A stretch of DNA of 63,571 nt, the filler included, from Chiloscyllium plagiosum (Eukaryota): the NCBI RefSeq assembly GCF_004010195.1. It is 4 parts of one record of this genome, joined end to end, with 100 filler letters (N's around TTAATTAATTAA, not from the genome) between each part and the next. Parts side by side here need not be neighbours in the genome. Positions count along the whole stretch, not along the records: positions 18,482 to 44,891 come from NC_057712.1; 3 more parts are not named here. One strand, given 5' to 3'. Below, piece by piece: positions 23,308 through 36,293 of the stretch; positions within the stretch are counted from its first letter, which is position 1; each line of letters opens with the position of its first letter. Made by a program: the position numbers and the translations under genes. Below the pieces are notes generated by a model, which was not told the origin of the DNA, ran no database searches, and saw only the letters and a program-made list of their open reading frames with translations.

Positions 23308-25500
23308 GGGACGATTGGGCACAGCCGTTTGGGCGCCAGCGTTTTGGCGCCTGCTCATTTGGCGACAGACATTTTGGCGCTAGGAAAAAATGTTGATTGA
23401 TTCATCATCATTAAAGGTAGAACTTTAAAAAGTTTTAAAACCATAAGTTTATTGAAAAATAAAAACATTAAATCTGTTAATCACGAAAAACATTAAATCT
23501 GTTAATCACTAAAAACTGTAACGTAGCTTTATTTAGTTCATTTAGTAATTAGAACTTTAAAAAGTTTTAAAACTGTAACTTTATTGAAAAATAAAAACAT
23601 TAAATCTGTTAATCACTAAAAACTGTAACATAGCTTTATTTAGTTCATTTAGTAATTATGAGCAAGGCTTCTCAAGTACATGATAACATCCATGTTTTCA
23701 AATCTAAGAACAGTTTCATGTATTCTTCTATCTGCATCTCTATACTTTTTTTAGTTTCTGTGGTGGTTCATGCCCAGCTAGTAACCCTTCATAATATGCA
23801 TCTCTACCTTTCTGTACATTACACAGGCCATCTATTAATTTCCATATGGTAGGATGTTGCATGTTAAGTTCATATTGTAATCGACGATGGGCTGCCTCCG
23901 CATGATTGTTTGTGCGGTCTTTCCCATTTAATGTTCTCTGATGAAGGTTCCAAATCTCATGGAGAAATAGAGGAGTTTGTCTTCCATTTCCTCATCTGTT
24001 CTGACGATCAACATATGTATCTTCAAACTAGTTGAATAAATCTTGAAGTTCTTGCGGCAGTTCGGTTGCTAGAGCATCCAGATAGTCATCGATCTTGTTC
24101 AAAGGTACAAAGGCAAGGGCAATAATCATTCTAGCTTTTAACCCGAAATCAGTGAAGGTTCCAAATCTCATGGAGAAATAGAGGAGTTTGTCTTCCATTT
24201 CCTCATCTGTTCTGACAACCAACATATCTTCAAACCAGTTGAGTAAATCTTGAAGTTCTTGCGGCAGTTCGGTCGCTAGAGCATCCAGATAGTTATCGAT
24301 CTTGTTCAAAGGTACAAAGGCAAGGGCAATAATCATTCTAGCTTTTAACCCGAAACCAGGATCAGTGTTATACAAACTAGTGCACCCCAATCTAGCTAAA
24401 TGTTTTTGCATATTTTGAGCTAAATGAAAAAAACATCCTTTTATTTGAACATCAGGGAATATGTCCTTCATAGCACCATGCGCAGCTTGTTCAAAATCGC
24501 AGACGATTGAAGTGGGTTTCAAATTGGGTTCCACTTCTTTCAATAACTCGAACGTTCTCACGTATGTGGTGCGTTGCTTGTTGGGCAAAAGAGCATACAC
24601 TATAGGGTGAACACTTCCGTGTTTTTTTGCCAGAATTACATAAATCTGAGAAAAGAGACTGGGAGCAATACTGAATGTGCCATCGGCAAACCACATATCA
24701 GACGCCACTAAGTGTCGGAGCCAGGTCTGTCTTCCGAAGATTAATATCTGGTTGGGACCTGGCCTGCTATCACATGGTAAAAAAATTTCTTCCACACCTG
24801 GTTGAGGGACGTATATTCTGTAGCATTCTGGCACAAATAATTGTTGCAAATCAGTTGGATTGGTGGGGGCGTTCATCACTGAATTACGCTTTCAGCGTAT
24901 TATTTTCCTCAAAGCAGACATATTAGGAATGACAGCTAGACTAGCTTGGGATATGTCTGCCAAACGTTCATTAACAACTACAGTCGGTGACACAAGAGTC
25001 TCCTCTGCTCTCTTTTTTATTTTAGTTTTCACAAGTGTAACCTGTAATTGTGCAGCAGAAGCTTCATGCAAATGGCTGTTCAGCTCCCTCACCACCTCTC
25101 CAGCTTTAGTATGGAGCTGTGCTTTGCACCGATGTTTTTGCTCACAACACCAAAATTTCAAGTCGCTGTCAACTTTGCTTGTTTTGTCAAAGATGTAAAT
25201 GAATCCATTATGTGCAAATTTTTCTTTACCACGTTTTGTTAATACCTCCTCAGCCACCATATGGATAAAATGATTAAAAAAAATAAAAAGATGGCAAAAG
25301 AATGAAACACTTGTGGCAGCGCACCCGCCGTTAACTCAACTGAGGCTAAGGACTAACTGTAGCCTGAGCAAACAGCTAAACGAGGAGAGAGCTAGTTTTC
25401 CTGTTTCCAAATATATACTAGCTCAATTTATACAAAGGAATACAAAGGAAGTGCAAACAGCAACACACCTATTGGTCTTTTCGAGGCTGCATGCTCAACT
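23308..25500 (-). mobile_element. Mutator-superfamily (MULE) DNA transposon with FLYWCH-MULE transposase (Phantom-like architecture); one terminus visible
   Basis: Terminal array of ~14-bp tttggcgc-like repeats at 23308-23383; transposase on the minus strand; no matching repeat array found at the other end. Right boundary approximate. Confidence 0.85.
23649..25260 (-). pseudogene. FLYWCH zinc finger plus MULE DDE transposase, inactivated
   Basis: FLYWCH (FAHNGFIYIF...FWCC...RCKA...HLHE); WFADGTF, VCDFE, GCFFHLAQ and RTNNHAEAAH motifs. In-frame TGA at 24892-24894; ~210-bp internal tandem duplication (23942-24152 / 24153-24359); C-terminus LRSLAHNY* at 23649. Confidence 0.9.
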
Positions 25501-25569
25501 ACTATATACAAAACACTTAGTACAAAAAAATGCATGCAACTTTATATGTCCTCAACATTGAATCTGGAC

Positions 25570-27660
25570 CCCATAAAGTCACATGGCTTCAGGTTAACCA
25601 TGGACAAGGCAACGTCCTGCTGATTACCATGTAGCGTCCTCCCTCAGCTGATGAATCAGTTCTCTTCCATGTTGAACAACATATAGAAGAAACACTGAGG
25701 ATGACAAAGGCACAGAATGTACACTGGGTGGGGGATTTTAATGTCTGCCACCAGAGTGGCTCAGCAACAGTAATACTGATTGAGCTGGTCGGGTCCTAAA
25801 GGATATAGCTGCGTCTGCGGCAGGTGGTGAGGGAACCAACAAAAGGGCAAAACATACTTGACCTCATCCTTACCAATCTGCCAGGTGCAGATGCATCTGT
25901 CCATGAGAGTATTGATAAGAGTGACCACCACACAGTCCTTGTGGAGTTGAAGTCCCACCTTCACATTGAAAATAACCTTTATCATGTTGCTTGGCACTAT
26001 CACCATGCTAAATGGGACAGATTTCAAACAGATCTAGCAACTCAAGACAGGGCAGCAATGAGGCGATGTGGGCCATCAACAGAATTATACTCCAACACAA
26101 TCTGTAACCTCATGATCTGGTATATCCCCCACTCAAATATTACCATCAAGCCAGGGGATCAATTCTGGTTCAATGGAGAGTGCAGGAAGGCATGGGAGGA
26201 GCAGCACCAGGTATACCTGAAAATGAGGTGTCAACCTGGTGAAGCCACCAAACAGGACTACTTGTATGCCAAAAGCATTAGCAGCAAGTGATAGACAGAG
26301 CTAAGTAATCACACAAACAACAGATCAGATCTAAGCTCTGCAGTCCTGCCATATCCAGTCGTACATAGTAGTGGACCATTAAACAACTCACTGAAGGAGG
26401 ACGCTCCACAAATATCCACTTCTCAATTTTAGAAGAACCCAGCGCATCAGTGCAAAAGACAAGGCTGAAGCTTTCACAGAAATCTTCAGCCAGAAGTGCT
26501 GACTGGATGATCCAACTCAGCCTCCTCCAGTGGTCTCCAGCATTACGGACACCAGTTTTCAGCCAACTTGGTTCACTCCACATGATATCAAGAAACAATT
26601 GGAGGCACTGTGGTGGTCCAGTGGTTAGAGTTATACCCAGCACAAAGGAAGATGGCCATGGTTGTTTGAAGTCAGTCATCTCAGCTCCAGGACATCTTTG
26701 CAGGTGTTCCTCAGGGCAGAATTCTAGGCCCAACCATCTTCAGCTGCTTCATCAATGACCTTATCTCCATCATAACGTCAGAAGTGGGGAAGTTTGCGAT
26801 GATTGCACCATTCGTGACTCCTCAGACACTGAAACAGTCCGTGTCCAAATGCAACAAGATCTGGACAATATCCAGGCTTCGGCTGACAAGGGGCAAGTAA
26901 TGTTTGTGTCACACAAATGCCAGGCTATGACCATCATTAATAATGGTCAATCTAACCACTGCCCCTTGACATTAAATTGGGGTTACCCATTATTGAATCC
27001 CCCACTATCAACATCCTGGGAGTTATCATTGATCAGAAACTCAGCTGGACTCACCACATAAACGCAGTGGCCTCAAAAGCAAGTCAGAAGCGAGGAATAC
27101 TTGGCAAGTCACTCATTTCCTGACTTCTGAAAGCCTGTCCACTATCTACAAGGCTCAAGTCAGGAGCATGATGAAATATTCCCGATTTGCCTTGATGAGT
27201 GAAATGCCAACAACACTCAAGAAGTTTGAGACCATCCCAGCCAAAGCAGCTCACTTGATTTGCACTACATCCACAAAGCATCCACTCCTTCCATCACTGA
27301 TGCTCAGTGGCAGCAGTGTGTACTATCTACTGGTGCACTGCATGAATTCACCAAAGACAGCACCTTCCAAACCCATGACCACTTCAATCTAGAAGGGCAA
27401 GGGCAGCAGATATGTGGGAACACCACCATCTTCAAGTTCCCCTCCAAGACATTCACCATCCTAACTTGGAAATATATCACCATTCCTTCACCCTTGCTGA
27501 GTCAATATCCTGGAATTCCCTCCCTCATGGCATTGCGGCTTAACTTTCAACAGGTGGACTGCAGCAGTTCAAGAAGTCAGTTCCCCACCACCTTCTCAAG
27601 GGCAATTAGGAACGGACAATAAATGCTGGCCAGCCAATGATGGCCTCATCCCACAAAATG
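25570..27660 (+). mobile_element. CR1/L2-like LINE (second lineage): endonuclease and RT fragments with internal deletion, 3' tail present
   Basis: GDFN at ~25730; ILDLILTN and SDHHTV in ORF 25824..26291; GVPQG and FA.D.T-like RT motifs at ~26700-26810; tail ggcaattagg...caataaatgctggcc. Confidence 0.8.
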
Positions 27661-27679
27661 AACACGTTTTTTAAAAAGT

Positions 27680-30600
27680 AGAGAATTATAGAGCTGCTCA
27701 GCATAGAAACAGACCATTCAGTCAAACTCATCCATGTTGACCAAATAACTTAATTAAATCTAGTCCCATTTGCCAACATTTGTCCCATATCCCTCTAAAC
27801 TCTTCCTATTCATATACCTATCCAGATGCCTTTTAAATGTTGTAATTGTATCAGCCTCCACTACTTCCTCTGGCAGCTCATTCCATATATGCACCACCCT
27901 CTGCATGAAAATTTAACCCCTTGGGTCTCTTTTAAATCTTTCTCCTCTCACCTTAGACCTATGCCCTCTAGTTTTGGACTCCCCCACGCCAGGTTAAAGA
28001 CCTTGTCTATTTACCCTAACCATGCCCCATGATTTTATAAGCATCTGTAAGGTCACCTCTCAGCCTCGGATACTCCAGGGAATACAGCCCCAGGTTATTC
28101 AGCTTCTCCCTATAGCTCAAACCCGCCAACCCTGACAACATGCTTGTAAAGCTTTTCTGAACTCTTTCAAGTTTCACAACATCCTTCCGATAGCAAAGAA
28201 ACCAGAATTGCATGCAATATTCCAACAGTGGCCAACCAATGCCCTGTACAGTTACAACATGATCTCCTAACTCTGATAGTTAATGCACTGGCCAATAAAG
28301 GAAAGCATACTAAACGCCTTCTTCACTATCCTATCTACCTGTGACTCCACTTTCAAGGAACTATGAATCTGTACTCCAAGGTCTTTCTGTTCAGCAACAC
28401 TCCCCAGGACCTTATCATTAAGTGTATAAGTCCTGCCCTGACTGCCTTTCCAAAATGCAGCACCTCACATTTATCTAAATTAAACTCCATCTGCCACTCC
28501 CATGGGTCCATCTGATCAAGTTCCCGTTGTACTCTGAGGTAAACTTCTTCATTGTCCAATATACCTCCAATTTTGGTGTCATCTGCAAACTTACTAACCA
28601 TAGCTCATATCCAAATCATTTATATAAATGATGAAAAGCAGTGGATTCAGCTCTGACCCATGCAGCACACTGCTGGTCACAGGCCTCCAGTCTGAAAAGC
28701 AACCCTCCACCACCACCACCATCTCTGTTCTATTTTTGAACCAGTTCTGTATCCAATGGCTTGTTATCTCTACATTCCATGTGACCTAACTTTGCTAACC
28801 AGTGACCCATGAAGTCTTGTTGAACGCCTTACTGAAGTCCTTATAGATCACGTCCACCATTCTGCCCTCATCAATCCTCTTCGTTACTTCTTCAAAAAAC
28901 TCAATCAAGTTGGTGAGACATGATTTCCCATGCACAAAAGTTATGTCGACAATCCTTAATCAGTCCTTGCCTTTCCAAATAGATGTAAATCCTATCCCTC
29001 AGGATTCCCTCCAACAACTTGCCTACCACCGATGTCAGGCTCACCGGTCCATAGTTCCCTGGCTTTTCCTTGCCACCTTTCTTATGTAGTGGCACCACGT
29101 TAGCCAACCTCCAGATTTCTGGCACTTCACCTTTTTCTATCAGCAAGGGACCCAACAATCCCTTCCCTAGCTTCTCACAGAGTTCTAGGATACACCTGAT
29201 CAGGTGCTGGGGATTTATCCACCTTTATGCATTTTAAGACATCCAGCACTTCCTCCTCTGTATTTTGGATATTTTTCAAGATGTTGCTATTTATTTCCCG
29301 ACGTTCTTTACCTTCGATATGCTTCTCCACAATAAACACTCATCCAAAATACTTTTTAAGTATCTCCCCCATCTCCTGTGGTTCCTTGCTGACCTTTATG
29401 GGCCCATATTCTCTTCCTTGTTACCCTTTTGTACTTAATATATTTGTAGAATCCCTTTGGATTCTCCTTAACCCTTTTTGCTAAAGCTATCTCATATCCT
29501 CTTTTTGGCCTCCTGCTTTCCCTCTTAAGTATACTCCTACTACCTTTCTATACTTCAAGGTATTCACTTGATCTCTGCTGTACACACCTGACATATGCTT
29601 TCTTCTTATTCTTGACCAAAACCTCAGTTTCTCTAGTCTTCCAGCATTCCCTACACCTACCAGCCCTGCCTTTCACCCGAACAGGAATATACTGTCTCTG
29701 GACTCTGATCATTTCATTTTTGAAGGCTTCCCAGTTTCCAGCCAACCCTTTACCTGCAAACATCTGTCCCCAGTCAAAATTTGAAAGCTCTTGCCTCATA
29801 CTTTCAATATTGATCTTCATCCCAATTTAGAATTTCAACTGTTAGATCCGGTCTATCCTTTTCCATCACTATTTTAAAACCAATAGAATTATGGTGACTC
29901 CCAAAGTGTTCCCCCACTGACACCTCAGTCACCTGCCCTGCCTTATTTCCTGAGAATGGGTCAAGTTTTGCACCTTCTCTAGTATGTACATCCAGATATT
30001 GAATCAAAAAATGTTCTTGTACACACTTAACAAATTCTCTCAATCCAAGCCCCTAACACTATGGCAGTCCCAGTCTATGTTTGGAAAGTTAAAATCCCCT
30101 ACCATAACTACCATATTATTCTTACAGAAAGCTGAGATCTCCTTACAAGCTTGTTTCTCAATTTCCCTCTCACTATTAAGGGGTCTATAATACAATGTCT
30201 AGATTGGAGTGCTGCTGGAAAAGCACAGCAGTTCAGGCAGCATCCGAGGACCAGTAAAATCGACATTTTGGGCAAAAGCCCTTCATCAGGAATACAGGCA
30301 GAGGGCCTGAAGGGTGGAGAGATAAGTGAGAGGAGGGTGGGGGTGGGGAGAAAGTAACATTGAGTACAATAGGTGAGTGGGGGAGGGATGAAGGTGATAG
30401 GTTGGGGGGAGAGTGGAGTGGATAGGTGGATAGGAAAATAGGCAGATAGGACAAGTCATGAGGACAGTGCTGAGCTGGAAGTTTGGAACTGAGGTGAGGT
30501 GGGGGAAGGGGAAATGAGGAAACTGTTGAAGTCCACATTGATGCCCTGGGGTTGAAGTGTTCTGAGACAGAAGATGAGGTGTTCTTCCTCCAAGCGTCTG

Positions 30601-31420
30601 GTGGTNNNNNNNNNNNNNNNNNNNNNNNNNNNNNNNNNNNNNNNNNNNNNNNNNNNNNNNNNNNNNNNNNNNNNNNNNNNNNNNNNNNNNNNGTGAGTGG
30701 GGGAGGGGATGAAGGTGATAGGTCAGGGAGGAGAGGGTGGGTAGGTGGAAAAGGAGATAGGCAGGTAGGACAAGTCCGGACAAGTCATGGGGGCAGTGCT
30801 GAGCTGGAAGTTTGGAACTAGGGTGAGGTGGGGGAATGGGAAATGAGGAAACTGTTGAAGTCCACATTGGTGCCCTGGGGTTGAAGTGTTCCGAGGCGGA
30901 AGATGAGGCGTTCTTCCTCCAGGCGTCTGGTGGTGAGGGAGCAGCGGTGAAGGAGGCCCAGCACCTCCATGTCCTCGGCAGAGTGGAAGGGGGAGTTGAA
31001 ATGTTGGGCCACGGGGTGATCACCTGCAGTCATTGTTTTTACCTGGTCTATAATACAATCCCAATAAGGTGATAATCCCTTTCTTATTTCTCAGTTCAAG
31101 CTGAGTAACCTCCTTGGATGTTATCCTTAATCAAAAACACCATTCCCCTCTTCTCTTGCCCCCCTTTCTATCCTTTCTATAGCATCTATACCCTGGAACA
31201 TTAAATTCCAGTCCTGAGCCACATCCCTGTAAGTGCTACGATATCCCAGTCCCATGTTCCTAACCATGCCCTGAGTTCATCTGCCTTACCTGTTAGGCCT
31301 CTTGCTTTGAAATGAATGCAGTTTAATTTATCAGTCTTATCTTGTTTGCTGCTTTGTTCATTCCTGTTTGACTTGCTCCTTTTCCCAACTCCACCAGTCT
31401 CAGACCAATGTCTTTCCTCA
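27680..31420 (-). mobile_element. Long degenerate CR1 LINE (ORF2 endonuclease through RT to 3' tail), interrupted by a PLE
   Basis: ORF fragments FVKCVQE, WRLANVVPL, KFADDTKIGG and EYCMQFW in the correct minus-strand order. Confidence 0.9.
30197..31044 (-). mobile_element. Penelope-like element (Neptune-type) 3' fragments with GIY-YIG C-terminus; 15-bp target duplication
   Basis: HPVAQHFNSPFHS...RRLEEERLIFRLGTLQPQGTNVDF; ggtctataatacaat at 30182-30196 and 31045-31059. Two similar copies flank an N gap. Confidence 0.85.
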
Positions 31421-31600
31421 CTGTCTGATTACAGATGATTACAGGTGTGAAACAGGTCCAGACTCAAGTCTCAGCAACATAATTAAATCTATGATTGTAG
31501 TTTTGGTCAAAAAGTTAACCAAAAGCTAAGAAAGTCTGCTGCTGGGTCACAAATCTGTGTGGCTTCTACGCATGATTATGGCCTGACTCATATATCTTTA

Positions 31601-33204
31601 TGGTCAAGATTAGAATGGTGCTGGAAAAACACAGTAGGTCAGGCAGCAACTGAGGAGCAGGAAAATCAATGTTTCAGGCAAAAACATTGATTTCCCTGCT
31701 CCCTAGATGCTGCCTGACCTGCTGTGCTTTTCCAACACCACTCTAATAGAGTCACAGAGTCATAGAGATGTACAACATGGAAACAAACCCTTTGGTCCAA
31801 CCCATCCATGCCGACCAGATATCCCAACCCAATCTAATACCACCTGCCAGCACCCGGCCCATATCCCTCCAAACCCTTCCTATTCACATACACATNNNNN
31901 NNNNNNNNNNNNNNNNNNNNNNNNNNNNNNNNNNNNNNNNNNNNNNNNNNNNNNNNNNNNNNNNNNNNNNNNNNNNNNNNNNNNNNNNNNNNNNNNNNNN
32001 NNNNNNNNNNNNNNNNNNNNNNNNNNNNNNNNNNNNNNNNNNNNNNNNNNNNNNNNNNNNNNNNNNNNNNNNNNNNNNNNNNNNNNNNNNNNNNNNNNNN
32101 NNNNNNNNNNNNNNNNNNNNNNNNNNNNNNNNNNNNNNNNNNNNNNNNNNNNNNNNNNNNNNNNNNNNNNNNNNNNNNNNNNNNNNNNNNNNNNNNNNNN
32201 NNNNNNNNNNNNNNNNNNNNNNNNNNNNNNNNNNNNNNNNNNNNNNNNNNNNNNNNNNNNNNNNNNNNNNNNNNNNNNNNNNNNNNNNNNNNNNNNNNNN
32301 NNNNNNNNNNNNNNNNNNNNNNNNNNNNNNNNNNNNNNNNNNNNNNNNNNNNNNNNNNNNNNNNNNNNNNNNNNNNNNNNNNNNNNNNNNNNNNNNNNNN
32401 NNNNNNNNNNNNNNNNNNNNNNNNNNNNNNNNNNNNNNNNNNNNNNNNNNNNNNNGTATATTGTGAGATCTAAACTTGCTAATCAATCTCCCATGGGGAA
32501 CCCTGTTGAATGTCTTACTGAAGTCCATATAGATCACATCTACTGCTCTGCCCTCATCATTCTTCTTTGTTACTACTTCAAAAGACTCAATCAAGTTTGT
32601 GAGACATGATTTCCCATGCACAAAGCCATGTTGACTATCCCAAATCAGTCCTTGCCTTTCCAAATACATGTACATCCTGTCCCTCAGGATTCCCTCCAAC
32701 AACTTGCCCACCACCGTGGTCAGGCTCACCAGTCTATAGTTCCCTGGCTTGTCTTTACTGCCCTTCTTAAACAGTGGCACCACGTTTGCCAACCTCCAGT
32801 CTTCCAGCACCTCATCTGTGACTATTGGTGATACAAATATCTCAGCAAGAGGCTCAGCAATCGCTTCTCTAGCTTCCTACAGAGTTCTCGGGTACTCCTG
32901 ATCAGATCCTGGGGATTTATCCACCTTTAACCGTTTCAAGACACCCAGCACTTCCTCCTCTGTAATCTGGACATTTTGCAAGATGTCACCATTTAATTCC
33001 CTACAGTCTATATCTTCCATATCCTTTTCCATAGTAAATATTCATTTAGTATCTCCCCCATTTTCTGTGGCTTCATGCAAAGGCTGCCTTGTTGACCTTT
33101 GAGAGGCCCTATTCTCTCCCTGGTTACCCTTTTGTCCTTAATATATTTGTAAAAACCCTCTAATCTTGACTCTAATCTCCAGCATCTGCAGTACCCACTT
33201 CCGC
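31601..33204. mobile_element. Fold-back PLE end (14-bp TSD) carrying a nested CR1 (-, 31748-33157, 7-bp TSD)
   Basis: ctcatatatcttta at 31587-31600 and 33205-33218; ctctaat at 31741-31747 and 33158-33164; CR1 peptide EDWRLANVVPLFKKG...DFSKTFNRVPH. Confidence 0.85.
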
Positions 33205-34810
33205 CTCATATATCTTTAAGGGCCCTTTGAGAAACGGCAGTATACAGTACTTAGAGCACAAGATATGTTAGATAAAATTTGGAACAGCCATCTTAAAGTT
33301 TCAATTAAATGGAATCAAATAGAATGCATCCAGTCTTTCTCCTTTTAATATGTTTAAAAAACCAAATGTGCATAATTTATTATTTATTTGTGCGTTTTGC
33401 ATAAGCTATAGATTTTCTGACCTGTAGATTTATTAGAATGATGCCCACAGATTGCAGCTTTCCTATCCAGTGCTTTGGTGGAGAGATGCCTTAGCTACCT
33501 AGCTAGAACAATAAAATATTACACGTTACCATGAACATAAGCATTTCTGCTCTGACAGGCAGATATGTGGGGTAATAGGACTAGCTACGATCATGGCACA
33601 GCAGGTCTAAGGGGCCAAGTAGCCTATTCCTGCTCCTAATTCGTGTGGTCATATGACTGCACATAGCAGATTGGGGAATAACTTCTGACAACATGGGAGA
33701 ATGTATGTTGCATTGCTAATATCAAAAGAAGAGGTAGGTTTATACAACTATTATCGACTTGTAAACTTACAGTGATTAAATATAAAGTTCTTCAAGCATC
33801 AAGCATACCTAGAAGTGCAGAATTAACTAGAGATAAAAATGCACAAAGTTGCAGATATATTATAACAGCAAGTTAAAGTTTGTCCATGGTGAGTCTTTCT
33901 TTTGCTCACTTGCTATATTTTCACGAAGTGCATTTTGGAGTTATAGCTGCACCATTGCAAAGAAAATGCAGTGTATGTGGTTAATTTGCTAAGTATTTGC
34001 CCAGTGTATTAAAACTATGATAGTAAATAATCAGATTTACATTGAATCTCGCTAAATATTATAAAGGCAGATGACAGTGCCATCTAATCCATAGTATTCA
34101 TCCATTTGAAATCTGTCATAAAACAATGTTCAAGGACAGTAAAGTTTTTGGGCAATGCCGAAACCTCCCTACGGACTATCAAACAAATATTACAAACATT
34201 TGGTCCCTTAGTTGTTGTAAATGAAAGCTTATTGTTAACATTCTTTTGATCTGAAACAGAACTGATAGAAAGTGAACTGTGGCAATCAGGTTATATGGTA
34301 AAATTACTGTAGCCAGCTTGTATCTGATAATAATGTTTATACTAATACTTTATAGTTTATAATTGAAGAGAATATTTGCTATTTTAAGAAATACACTTAT
34401 CCTTAATAAGGCATTTCATTTACTGAAGCACATTCCTATAATCTAATTGTTGTTTATACAAATACTCTGACATTAATCTCTCAAGTTAAATTTACTCAGT
34501 GGAAATAAATAATGACTTCTTTCTTGAATGATTTTCCTTCATGTTTCAAAATATGCTCAATCTTCAAAAAAATGCTGTATGTGACTTCACTATAAAACAA
34601 GTGTTTGCTTTTATATTTCAGTGCATTGTGTGAAACCTAGGTAGAGAATTAATGCACCTTCAGGCTTGAAGGCTGATGGTATATGAAATAACTCCACACA
34701 GGCCGGTATCCCATCACTAAATCATCTTTTCTTTACACGTCGAGTGTCCTTGACACTGACCAAGTTTCCTCAGAGCCAGATCTCAGAGTGAGCAGAACAT
34801 CAGACACTCC

Positions 34811-36293
34811 TTTTTCTTTTAAAAAAACCCACAATAACAATGACTGTGGCCAGCCAGCTCAGAGTCAGTCCTCAACTGAGTAGAGTCTGATCTCCTGGTT
34901 ATAATTCTTTTCTTTAAATCCCCCTCACTATGGCCAAACAGCGGTAATGCTTATTTCTCCACAGCACCTATGTTGTGTGTGTGTAGGTGTAGGACACAGT
35001 GAAGAAACAATGAGAGCAGAAAACAATGAGTCCACAAACAGGAACAAAAAACACCCAAATGGCAAGTGACAAGCAGTGCCCTTCTCTATAGGGGGAATGC
35101 CTGCCGTGATCGAAAAAGTGAAGGGGAGGGTGGGGATTCAATCAAAATAGAGTCAGCGGGAGAATGAAAACACTCCACACTCTGTGGTGCCCACATCTCC
35201 CTGAAAACCTTGAGGGTGTTGGTAGACATCGTCTCCAGGGACACCTGGGCCCGAATGTAACTGCGGAAAAGAGGTAGGCAATCAACCATAATAACACCCT
35301 CCATGGTCCGTTGCTTAGACCTGACCGTCCTACTTCTTTTCTTCTTTTTTCTTTTCTTTTTTTTCTTTATTTTTATGTGTGCAGGCGTGAGACTCAGTGA
35401 GAGACACAAGGTGTACGAATCTTTATTCAATTTCCACCACCAGGGAGATAGGAAAACACCCGAGTGGCCACTGACAAGCAGTGCCCTTCACGAAAGCGCA
35501 ATGTTGTGTGATCAAACAGTGAAGGGGAGACCCTCCTATTTCTTTTTTTCTCTCTTTTTTTTCTTTTTTCTTTTTTTTTTAATTTAACCCCCACACTACA
35601 ACCTAAGTGCGGTAGTGCTTATTTTATCCCCAGCACCCATGGTGTGTGTGTGTGTGCAGGTGTGAGACAGTGAAAGACACAAAGTGCACAAATCTTTACC
35701 CTCCTATTTTTTTTTTTTATTTTTTTTTTAGGAAGATAGGAAAACACCCGGGTGGCCAGTGACAAACACTGCCCTTCACATCAAAGGGCAATGCTGTGTG
35801 ATCAAAACAGTGAAGGGGAGGGTAGGGACTAAATCAAAATAGAATTGGAGGGAGAAATGATGCACTCCACTCCCTGCGGCGCCCACCTCTCCCTGAACAA
35901 CTCCAGGGTGTTGACCCTCCTATTTCTTTTTTTTTTCCTTTTTTAAAGATTTTTTTTTTTTTTAAATTTTAACCCCCACACTACCACCTAAGTGCGGTAG
36001 TGCTTATTTTATCCCCAGCACCCATGTTGTGTGTGTGCAGGTGTGAGACACAGTGAAAGACACAAAGTGCACCAATCTTTATTCAATTTCCACCACCAGG
36101 AAGTTAGGAAAACACCCGGGTGGCCAGTGACAAGCACTGCCCTTCACATCAAAGGGCAATGCTGTGTGATCAAAACAGTGAAGGGGAGGGTAGGGACTAA
36201 ATCAAAATAGAATTGGAGGGAGAAATGATGCACTCCACTCCCTGCGGCGCCCACCTCTCCCTGAACAACTCCAGGGTGTTGACCCTCCTATTT
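34811..36293 (-). mobile_element. Tandem stack of 5'-truncated Tx1-like (L1-clade) non-LTR retroposon 3' ends inside the Gypsy LTR
   Basis: Units begin with poly(T) on + and are separated by gaccctcctattt-like repeats at 34803, (34889), 35323, 35529, 35698, 35913 and 36281. Minus-strand peptide CLPLFRSYIRAQVSLE...FREMWAPQSVEC...ILI resembles recalled Tx1-clade ORF2 C-termini. Confidence 0.75.

Noticed and set aside
30233..30915. Apparent tandem PLE duplication across an N gap
   Set aside because: Could be a genuine PLE partial tandem, but the two copies flank a gap and cannot be distinguished from an assembly overlap.
31707..32810. Long ORFs of 232-308 aa in the ORF track
   Set aside because: They read through N runs; the real sequence is CR1 and PLE fragments.
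34803..36293. CRISPR-like repeat-spacer appearance
   Set aside because: The spacers are homologous to one another, poly(A)-tailed and variable in length; the context is eukaryotic and no cas genes are present. It is explained as serial retroposon insertions.
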